NCBI GenBank assembly: GCA_021803945.1
Contig: JAJZKW010000001.1
Coordinates: 8,517-72,516 of the forward strand
Origin: Candidatus Micrarchaeota archaeon
GTDB taxonomy: Archaea > Micrarchaeota > Micrarchaeia > Micrarchaeales > CABMGC01
Length of the DNA stretch: 64,000 bases
Direction: 5' to 3'
In this document: in pieces, positions 57,801 through 64,000 of the stretch
How positions within the stretch are numbered: the stretch's first letter is position 1
Layout of the letters: every line of letters begins with the position of its first letter
Notes under the pieces: generated by a model
Seen by the model: only the letters and a program-made list of their open reading frames with translations
Told to the model about the DNA's origin: nothing
Database searches by the model: none
Program-made: the position numbers and the translations under genes

Positions 57801-60102
57801 TACAAACTCCCAGACAAGCAATACGCCAAACCCATGGCAGCAGCCAGTAACAGTCAACAGCCTTGATTACCAAAATGTTGAGAATTCAAATATAATCAAT
57901 ACCGTATTTTTCTATCAAAACGGCACAATCATAAATTCATGGCTTGAAGGAAACGTGCTCAACGAGCAGCAGACAACAGGTCTTGCGACCTCAGAGAATA
58001 GCTTATATTACCTCAAACTGCCGAGTATCCCTGCTTCAAGCAGTCTAACCGTATATATGGGATTTGCTGGGAATACCATAAACCTGATGAATCCTGTTTC
58101 TACCGGAGAAGCTCCGCAGCTGACCACGCAATACGCACAATACGACAACGGGGGGCATGTATTCAGCTATTACCAAAACTTTTCCGGAACTGTTCTATCA
58201 TCTCTTTGGCAAAACCCAAATTCCTATACCGCAATACAGAACAACGGGCTTACTCTGACTGCTCCGTCAGGAGGGGGCCTATTCTATTATAACGTGAACA
58301 TGCCCAGTTCATATGCCGTTGATGCTTACATGAAAGGGAATTCTCTCCTGAGCTCTACAGTTACAGACCTCATGAGTATGGGAGCCGGAGGCAGCCTGAA
58401 CAATTACACAGAGCTATACCTCTCCAACTCATTGCCTTCAACCTGGATACTACAATCCGGCGGAAATTCGGGAGGTGGTACAGTTGTAGGGACCGAAAAT
58501 AACTATTATGTTATGACATTGAGCGGCACTCCGTCTAGCGTATCGTCCTTTGTAAATTACACCCCAATCAGTAGCCTCACAGGAGCCAGCAACTCTATCA
58601 ATCCAAATATCGGCGTATACACAAGCGGCGCAGGCGGAAACTCTTACTTTCTTGATTGGATGCGCGTCAGGTCTTATCCTCCAGGAGGAGTAACGCCATC
58701 TGCGACTTTCGGATCCCTGTCATCCACTACAATCCCTTCCATATCATCTACGCCTTCCCTGCCGAAGACCCTCGATACAGGCCAGACCATAGCATTCAAC
58801 GCGCTTGCAACAGAAGGCAGCGGGTCGTATACGGCTTACAACTTCCTTATATTCAACTCAGCAACCGGAATACAAGTAGGTAACTATCTCACAACGTCCA
58901 ATTCCTTCGCATATTCTATACCTTCATCAGAAGTGGGAAACACCCTGGCAGTAAACGTATTGGTTACTGATTCGAATGGGGAATCTGCCAATTCTATATT
59001 TACAGGAATGCTAACAGTAAACACCCAGCCTACGATATCGATCACTCCGTCGAAGACCTCGATAGACGCAGGACAGACAATAACGATAGCGAATACTGTC
59101 ACTGGAGGCACTGCGCCGTTCACCTACTCATACACAGTCAACTCGATGACAGGGGTCACGATAGGCAGCAACCAGATAACATTCGCGGATGCGGGCACAT
59201 TCAACGTCCTTGAATCAGTGACAGACACTGCAGGAGTCACAGCGTATTCGGCCAACAGCGTCATAACAGTCGCAGCGGCTCCACCTGCTCCCTCACCTCC
59301 AAGCAGCGGCAATGGAGGTTATAACAATAACATAGCCACTGTTACCATATCCAATAAGTTAAATGTTGCAATAGTGTCAAACCATAATAACATCGTGCAT
59401 AATCTTGCCTTCAATGTGACTATCATGATAAGAAGCGTGTTTTCAAACTCGGTAAGCATGTCATTTAAAAATATGACAGGAAACAAGACCATTCCAGGAT
59501 GCAGTTCCAATCTATATTCAATCAACGTCTCTATAATTCCCACTTCAACCGAGCCCATTACCACAGACCTGACCATACCTTATACATACACTTTCAACAA
59601 GGACGGTTTGGTGCCATTCATATGCACAGACAGAGAATGGGTGCCATATACAAATTACAGTATAAACCTGCAAAACCATACAATGACACTTAAAAATATT
59701 CCTTCAGATCCTATAATCGGATTGCTTTATCCAAATTATACTTCCAACGCTACGACTACCACTGTAACTACAATTCCTCAGGTAAACACAACAGTACCGA
59801 CAACATCGATACCTGTAGCACCAAAGACCACATCAATCATATACTCTACAGTAGTAACCACTATTCTTCCAGTTGTCCAGAGCCCTGTATCTGAAAATTC
59901 TAGCCTGTTTACGGCCATTGCAATACTACTGGTAATTATTGCTGTATCAATTTATCTCATTTTCAATAAAATGCGAGAGTCAAAAAGAAGAGATGAGGCA
60001 AAACGAGAAATAAAAAAGAAAGCTGAGGCAAAGACCTCGAAGGTAGACAAAAATCAGAGAAAGCTAATAAGCCACAAGGATAATCAAAAAGCAAAATCTT
60101 GA
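54871..60102 (+). CDS. Giant (about 1740 aa) cell-surface protein with DUF2341/LamG, Ig-like and Spherulin-4-like modules and a TM anchor
   Basis: Signal peptide 'FKLNVITAFSILILGLVLIPSAVQA'. Two DUF2341-like modules ('...NIEVYNSISGNVLYTWLEGN...IYLAYFP', '...VFFYQNGTIINSWLEGN...VYMGFAGN') each end in 'W(V/M)R(L/V)R(T/S)YPP.GV.P..TFGS'. Several roughly 100-aa Ig-like repeats carry 'GG(S/T).(A/P)(Y/F)TY'. The C-terminus has a Thr-rich linker, TM 'FTAIAILLVIIAVSIYLIF' and a Lys-rich tail. Confidence 0.85.
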   Translation: MFKLNVITAFSILILGLVLIPSAVQANPCGTFPSGMSYCQQLSIANQQSSAVAAGTQVMLNYNALAYNTYLASNLMNIEVYNSISGNVLYTWLEGNTLNENQGTLLSTSANILYWINLDTPIAASSTDSNIYLAYFPTTNDLFNGNNLGAAPQLYCASGCPTISYNAIDNGQKVFPLLYQNFAGTLVPTGWANTGGVISNGVTLSSSVGNSMVTSALYGLNSTQIEDIYGNLQGSSTATNIYFGYTNSNNADCLGWGVGGNGVTGAPASNSIIYNFYGNTCSHSSAIFGNLNPSETTNAVFTTYWPSSTSIISSFDYGPTNEISSAYTAQLPIGSYVDGGTGAFMQWVRLRTYPPNGVQPTVTFGSVQSINAPSCTVSITNPSNAIVDAGQYETFIASNTNCVSPYTYNILVVNSITPATITHNDLVTGSTSSSITYTFQAASYDVSNSPEEANVVLTDSGTNTVTSGYSSTFTINPALVASASPTPTSPTIYQGQSVALSISAPTAGTSPYSYQWYSGSSSTCTSDSPIPNAASLSYTASPSANTYYCVKETDNVNEVVYTGTDLVTVLPATNFSETGLPDGAVWTVTYNSVSTNTVASNSIYFHSSLNTGSTYSFIINNSIISGVPYLPTPSGGNLQAGNAINIKFAPQNVITPSPTERVIIPLYIYPNATYSLLPSYMPGLYGVVINPDSGSGASINTDYASAAAKLESKGVKVFGYVPTGYGADPLSYVEANIVNYYSWYHVNGIFFDEANSICTTSTENYYSSLYGYIKGNYLSNTVILNPGAPSGPCYQFYSDIINAFENPYSDYINSVYSPDSWASNTLPSHFMNIIYGVPNNTVVQQTINLADNRSIGYVYITNTMGVYSILPPYFAQEANMVNPLVIKNPVASTETAANSQAISFNVIATGGSGAYTYNWFGLPPGCTSPNANSLSCTPSSPGTHTISTQVTDSYGFTNSSSQIVFDSGIIYKVPITFTNSQTSNTPNPWQQPVTVNSLDYQNVENSNIINTVFFYQNGTIINSWLEGNVLNEQQTTGLATSENSLYYLKLPSIPASSSLTVYMGFAGNTINLMNPVSTGEAPQLTTQYAQYDNGGHVFSYYQNFSGTVLSSLWQNPNSYTAIQNNGLTLTAPSGGGLFYYNVNMPSSYAVDAYMKGNSLLSSTVTDLMSMGAGGSLNNYTELYLSNSLPSTWILQSGGNSGGGTVVGTENNYYVMTLSGTPSSVSSFVNYTPISSLTGASNSINPNIGVYTSGAGGNSYFLDWMRVRSYPPGGVTPSATFGSLSSTTIPSISSTPSLPKTLDTGQTIAFNALATEGSGSYTAYNFLIFNSATGIQVGNYLTTSNSFAYSIPSSEVGNTLAVNVLVTDSNGESANSIFTGMLTVNTQPTISITPSKTSIDAGQTITIANTVTGGTAPFTYSYTVNSMTGVTIGSNQITFADAGTFNVLESVTDTAGVTAYSANSVITVAAAPPAPSPPSSGNGGYNNNIATVTISNKLNVAIVSNHNNIVHNLAFNVTIMIRSVFSNSVSMSFKNMTGNKTIPGCSSNLYSINVSIIPTSTEPITTDLTIPYTYTFNKDGLVPFICTDREWVPYTNYSINLQNHTMTLKNIPSDPIIGLLYPNYTSNATTTTVTTIPQVNTTVPTTSIPVAPKTTSIIYSTVVTTILPVVQSPVSENSSLFTAIAILLVIIAVSIYLIFNKMRESKRRDEAKREIKKKAEAKTSKVDKNQRKLISHKDNQKAKS
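55090..55391 (+). repeat. 302-nt tract 100% identical to 62079-62380 (copy 1)
   Basis: Read directly. From AATCTGATGAACATCGAGG... to ...GACAACGGTCAAAAGGT the two paralogs are identical base for base, while the flanking coding sequence is only about three-quarters identical. Confidence 0.9.
56854..57505 (+). other. Spherulin-4-like (glycoside-hydrolase-like TIM barrel) domain inside the giant surface protein
   Basis: 'VIIPLYIYPNATY...GVVINPDSGSG...GVKVFGYVPTGYG...YYSWYHVNGIFFDEA...ILNPGAP...NAFEN...GYVYITN' resembles the spherulation-specific family 4 pattern (IxPLYxYP...NPxNGPG...GYVxTxY...GIFxDE). Confidence 0.55.
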
Positions 60103-60424
60103 AGGCACATCAGAAAAGTCTGTATAACTTAAAGCCGTATGCCTTCACAATTACCTCTTTGATGACGCATGTATATATACCTTGCTATTGCAAGCCGCCA
60201 GAAAGAGATTATAGAAACTGCACGCTTTGCAAACCTACAAAACTTTTTCATGCGCTAATCTTCATCTTTTACGAAAAAAATCTGGCATGCGCAATCAACG
60301 AACTCAACATATAGATTTAAATAGGAGAATAAATTACCTTGATTTAGTGTTGTAAGTGGTAAGTAAACTCTTGAAGTATGCAGGATTTACGGAACAGAGG
60401 ACGCTATCAGTAATAATCAATAAT

Positions 60425-60455
60425 ATACGGGACATAATGAATAATTATCCCGTAT
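60425..60455. promoter_or_regulatory. 8-bp perfect inverted repeat ATACGGGA-N15-TCCCGTAT upstream of the wHTH regulator gene
   Basis: Located about 50 nt upstream of ATG 60506. Candidate operator. Confidence 0.35.
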
Positions 60456-60505
60456 TGGTTGTTTAAGAGCATAACATAAAAAACTAATCTTTTCAAGGTG
60501 CTCTT

Positions 60506-60847
60506 ATGCAACTACAAAACGATACTATTAGGAATCCCAGTTTAAGCTTAAAGGTTACAGACAAGGAGCTTGCAATCCTCTACGAGATAGGCCTGAATCT
60601 CATACCCACTGCCACGGAATTTGTTGAGAAGGTGGCAACAGAGTACAAAGTCTCGCAGAGCGGGGTGTGGTACACCTTAAAGAAGCTGAAGACGGAGGGG
60701 CTTGTTGATTTTGCAGAGAAAGGAGAGATACACAGGCCGCTATCCCTGACTGCTAATGGCACACATGCGATAAGAAGCAGGGTCCTAGATGTTGATAAGA
60801 GGCAGTATCACCTATTGGCAGGAATGACAGTGCACGCCAAGAACTAG
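60506..60847 (+). CDS. Winged-helix (MarR/ArsR-like) transcriptional regulator
   Basis: 'TATEFVEKVATEYKVSQSGVWYTLKKLKTEGLVDFAEKGE' is an HTH plus wing. Confidence 0.55.
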   Translation: MQLQNDTIRNPSLSLKVTDKELAILYEIGLNLIPTATEFVEKVATEYKVSQSGVWYTLKKLKTEGLVDFAEKGEIHRPLSLTANGTHAIRSRVLDVDKRQYHLLAGMTVHAKN

Positions 60848-60867
60848 GCAACAGGCGGCTGCAACGC

Positions 60868-61263
60868 TCAGCAATCTTTCAAGGCTCTGCTTTTCAGGCC
60901 CTCTATGCCTCCTTTCAGGCTGTATGCTCTAATGCCGAGTCCAGAAAGCTTACTAGCAAACTCTAATGACATTCTACCGTGAGGGCATACTATTATGGAT
61001 CCGTCAAACTTCCTGCCAATGGCTTCGGCCATGCCTTTATCTACTGTGTTGAGCATTATCTGCATTGCTTCTCCCGTGTCTATGCCTTTTGCGCCGTTTT
61101 TAGCTCCAAACACCTCAGTAACAAATTCTAGGTCCGCATAATTGTTCAGGAATACATATATCTCCCTGCCCTTTTTGACAAGTTTCTGCGCATTCTCTAC
61201 TCCTATTTCAATATCTTCTCCCATAGTCTCATCTGAGTATTGCATAAACCAGCGCCAATGCAA
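60868..61263 (-). CDS. Rhodanese-domain protein
   Basis: 'IIVCPHGRMSLEFASKLSGLGIRAYSLKGGIEG' gives a rhodanese active-site loop (CxxxxR(S/T)) and the C-terminal 'L.GG' signature. The start is probably internal ('MQYSDE' or later). Confidence 0.65.
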   Translation of the reverse strand: MHWRWFMQYSDETMGEDIEIGVENAQKLVKKGREIYVFLNNYADLEFVTEVFGAKNGAKGIDTGEAMQIMLNTVDKGMAEAIGRKFDGSIIVCPHGRMSLEFASKLSGLGIRAYSLKGGIEGLKSRALKDC

Positions 61264-61492
61264 TTATAACTATGGCTATGCCTATCGGCAATAAATATTT
61301 CATGATGCGTATGATGCTTATCCCATCTGCTTCTCTAACCGCACCAAAATCGCCCGGGTCTATGTACTTTACCTCTTCTTTCTCCCCGATGCTGTAATCT
61401 CCATCTATCCTTCCTGGATTGTTTGGCATGAAATAACTATAGATTAAAACATATAAATAATTAGCTTTATCCGATTTTACGTACTCATTCAC
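61229..61492 (-). CDS. Small membrane protein (weak call)
   Basis: 87 aa with a C-terminal TM 'LLPIGIAIVIIALALVYAIL'. Overlaps the upstream end of the rhodanese ORF. Confidence 0.25.
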   Translation of the reverse strand: MNEYVKSDKANYLYVLIYSYFMPNNPGRIDGDYSIGEKEEVKYIDPGDFGAVREADGISIIRIMKYLLPIGIAIVIIALALVYAILR

Positions 61493-61683
61493 TAAAAACT
61501 ATTCTACACAGTAAATCCACATCATTGGCCTTGTAGAAATCCTCTCCTATCAAGGAAACCAGTTGGATACCAGATAGGAGGCTTGCTATCGATGCGTTTC
61601 ATTTTTATGAAATGCAAACACCCTTCTTTCCCAATAATGCCTTAGCATTTCTACAGGGCCCACATCATTATCAAATTTACTAT

Positions 61684-61784
61684 AATTGCTCAATATTGTG
61701 TGGCATTTGGGCGATTTTGCATTGAGCTATCGAAGATAGCTAGTTTGGAACTTGTGGTTTTACCACAAGTTATTGAGCAATTAC
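61684..61784. promoter_or_regulatory. Nested inverted repeats upstream of the second surface-protein gene
   Basis: The outer 13-bp perfect arms are TAATTGCTCAATA (61684-61696) and TATTGAGCAATTA (61772-61784). Inside are AGCTATC-GAA-GATAGCT and CTTGTGG-TTTTA-CCACAAG hairpins. Confidence 0.45.
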
Positions 61785-61859
61785 AATTAACCTACTGATT
61801 TTGCCTTTAAATTCTGTTCATGTAAAGGCTTAAATAGGATATAAACTCATATCTCTCAT

Positions 61860-64000
61860 ATGTCAAAATTTAAAGCAATATCAACATTCTCATTTTTGAT
61901 ATTTATCATCGCACTTATACCTTCTTCGGTTCAGGCAAATTCTTGTGGAAAGTTCCCAAGCGGCATGTCTTACTGCCAGCAGCTTACGATCTCAAACCAA
62001 CAGCCAGGCGCAGTTTCTGCAGGGACCCAGATAATGCTCAACTATAATGCATTGAACTACAAAACTTATCTTGCCTCAAATCTGATGAACATCGAGGTGT
62101 ATAATTCAATATCCGGGAACGTTCTGTATACGTGGCTCGAGGGCAACACCCTGAACGAGAACCAGGGTACCCTTCTTTCCACGTCAGCAAACATACTATA
62201 CTGGATTAACCTCGACACCCCTATAGCTGCAAGCAGCACGGACTCGAATATTTACCTCGCGTACTTCCCAACCACAAACGACCTGTTCAATGGGAACAAC
62301 CTTGGCGCAGCCCCGCAGCTCTACTGCGCAAGCGGATGCCCTACTATTAGCTACAATGCAATAGACAACGGTCAAAAGGTATTCCCACTGCTATATCAGA
62401 ACTTCGCTGGAAATACACTTCCAACAGGATGGATAGCAAGTAGCAGCGCAACTGCAAATATAAATAACGGATTGACTTTCAGTACAACTGCACAATATCA
62501 ACAGTACTCGTATAGCAGCGTAACGTTCAATGCACCATATATCTATGAGCTTTACGGTGAGGCAAAAGCTCAGTCAAACCAAAACATTAACCTTGCACCG
62601 CTGCTTACAACTTCCTCTACATCATTAACAAATTACTACGGCACAATATTGTGGAGTAATGGTTTGAATACACCGTTCTATTGGGCATATAGTCCTCAGA
62701 GCCAAGAAAAAGCTAGTACTACCACAAATAATGCAATCCCGCAACTTAATGAATTCTACATCCTTGGAATAAGTGGCACCGCATCTAACTCAAATTATAC
62801 AGTGAACTATCAGAATATAGGTCAAAGCAAAACCGTAGGTTTATCGCCCAATATGTATGCAGGGATATGGGGAGACCAAGGCGTAAACGAATTCATATAC
62901 TGGCTTCGCATCCGTTCATATCCTCCAAGTGATATAATGCCATCTACAACTTTTGGTCCCTTGTCATTTTCTGTTTCTCCTTCCATATCTGCGTCTCCAT
63001 CACTTCCAGCATCACTAGATGTAGGTCAGACTGAAACATTCAATGCTCTTGAGATAGGAGGAACAGCACCGTATACTTATAATTTCCTAATATTCAACTC
63101 GGCAACCGGGATACAGGTTGGAAATTATATCACGGCTTCGAACTCATTCGTATACCAGGTACCGTCATCTCAGGTGGGAAACACCCTAGTAGTAAACGTA
63201 CTGGTCACAGATTCGAATGGAGAATCCGCAAATTCAATAAACACAGGAGTGCTTTCTGTTAAACCTGCGCTCTCAACATCTATTAATTCAATTCCAACTC
63301 TTCCTGCGTCATTAGACGTAGGGCAGACTGAGGCATTCAATGCTATCGCAACTGGAGGATCTGGCACATACACCGCATACAACTTCCTAATATTCAACTC
63401 AGCAACTGGGATACAGGTAGGTAATTATCTCACAACATCTAATTCATTCACTTACTTGATACAATCTTCTCAGTCAGGAAATACGCTAGTCGCAAACGTT
63501 CTGGTTACTGACTCAAACGGAGAGTCATCCAATTCAGTATATACTGGGATACTAACAGTGAATCCATTGCCAGCCATATCCATAACTGCCAACACTCTTT
63601 CCACAGACGTCGGACAGTACATAATGATATCGAACACTGTGACAGGAGGTACTGCGCCGTACTCGTTCACCTACAACGCAGTAGGTCTCACAGTATCAGG
63701 AAATACGATCACGACATCGACTCCTGGAACCTACTACGTAACCGAGAACGTAGTGGACAAGTTCGGGAAGCAGGCGGCATCTAACCTCCTCACCCTCACA
63801 TTCAACGCGCTCCCGACCTTCACGTCATTCTCCCCTCTCACCAACACGATAGACACGGGAGGGTCCGTGACATTCACCAACACGATTGCGGGAGGAACAG
63901 CGCCGTTCGCATACGCATACACGGTCAACGGAATAGGCAACATGATATCAGGAAACACGATAACGTTCAACAATGCTGGAACATTCACAGTATACGAGAC
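61860..64000 (+). CDS. Second giant DUF2341/LamG/Ig-repeat surface protein, 5' part (runs off the window; absent from the ORF track)
   Basis: I translated manually from ATG 61860: 'MSKFKAISTFSFLIFIIALIPSSVQANSCGKFPSGMSYCQQLTISNQQ...NIEVYNSISGNVLYTWLEGN...WLRIRSYPPSDIMPSTTFGP', then Ig-like repeats. I verified the frame is open from about 62373 to 63290. The antisense shadow ORFs listed for 63170-63988 suggest it stays open beyond that, but I did not translate it. Confidence 0.85.
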   Translation, partial: MSKFKAISTFSFLIFIIALIPSSVQANSCGKFPSGMSYCQQLTISNQQPGAVSAGTQIMLNYNALNYKTYLASNLMNIEVYNSISGNVLYTWLEGNTLNENQGTLLSTSANILYWINLDTPIAASSTDSNIYLAYFPTTNDLFNGNNLGAAPQLYCASGCPTISYNAIDNGQKVFPLLYQNFAGNTLPTGWIASSSATANINNGLTFSTTAQYQQYSYSSVTFNAPYIYELYGEAKAQSNQNINLAPLLTTSSTSLTNYYGTILWSNGLNTPFYWAYSPQSQEKASTTTNNAIPQLNEFYILGISGTASNSNYTVNYQNIGQSKTVGLSPNMYAGIWGDQGVNEFIYWLRIRSYPPSDIMPSTTFGPLSFSVSPSISASPSLPASLDVGQTETFNALEIGGTAPYTYNFLIFNSATGIQVGNYITASNSFVYQVPSSQVGNTLVVNVLVTDSNGESANSINTGVLSVKPALSTSINSIPTLPASLDVGQTEAFNAIATGGSGTYTAYNFLIFNSATGIQVGNYLTTSNSFTYLIQSSQSGNTLVANVLVTDSNGESSNSVYTGILTVNPLPAISITANTLSTDVGQYIMISNTVTGGTAPYSFTYNAVGLTVSGNTITTSTPGTYYVTENVVDKFGKQAASNLLTLTFNALPTFTSFSPLTNTIDTGGSVTFTNTIAGGTAPFAYAYTVNGIGNMISGNTITFNNAGTFTVYE
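62079..62380 (+). repeat. 302-nt tract 100% identical to 55090-55391 (copy 2)
   Basis: See copy 1. The identity starts and stops abruptly inside the DUF2341-like module. Confidence 0.9.
62990..63590 (+). repeat. Two tandem ~300-nt (100-aa) Ig-like repeat units, related to 58740-59040 in the first paralog
   Basis: The core '(Y)NFLIFNSATGIQVGNY(I/L)T(A/T)SNSF.Y......(V/S)GNTLV.NVLVTDSNGES.NS..TG.L.V' recurs with a 300-nt period (about 63084 and 63384). One copy sits in the first gene (about 58840). More diverged units follow to the end of the window. Confidence 0.8.

Noticed and set aside
60099-60314. 71-aa ORF immediately after the giant surface-protein gene.
   Set aside because: It overlaps that gene's stop codon, is Cys/Tyr-rich with no motif, and lies in an AT-rich spacer. 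It is probably non-coding.
1-64000. CRISPR arrays, cas genes, rRNA genes, transposases and integrases.
   Set aside because: I looked for regularly spaced direct repeats and for the hallmark protein motifs in the ORF translations and found none. The only regular repeats are in-frame Ig-like coding repeats in the surface-protein genes.

Overview
This is an archaeal chromosomal segment. Hallmarks are TFB, the EF-1alpha/S10 pair, archaeal-type SAM synthetase, deoxyhypusine synthase, a class-III signal-peptide pilin-like protein and BRE/TATA-like motifs close to start codons. My guess is a Thermoplasmata- or DPANN/Micrarchaeota-like acidophile, but I cannot verify that without a search. The G+C-richer core holds a TCA block (IDH-family dehydrogenase, aconitase, citrate synthase, malate dehydrogenase), malic enzyme, leuS, tuf-rps10, a kbl/tdh threonine catabolism pair, metK, dys and tfb. 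This core is interrupted by clearly A+T-richer patches; hand-counted 60-nt samples gave about 32% GC in a patch versus 45-58% in the core. The most notable items are listed below.

1. A LAGLIDADG intein sits exactly inside the CxxxCxxC motif of a radical-SAM enzyme.
2. An AT-rich locus carries MVK, PMK, IPK and two diphosphomevalonate-decarboxylase paralogs in two convergent operons.
3. A small stand-alone GGDEF-type (TGDEF) nucleotide cyclase lies in an accessory patch with a kinase-like gene and a VapBC pair.
4. Two paralogous giant DUF2341/LamG/Ig surface proteins are present. The second runs off the window and is missing from the ORF track. They share a 302-nt perfectly identical tract, which looks like gene conversion.
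5. An AbiE toxin-antitoxin pair and two VapBC pairs are present.
6. One tRNA-Gln(CUG) gene is present.

No rRNA genes, CRISPR arrays or transposases were seen.
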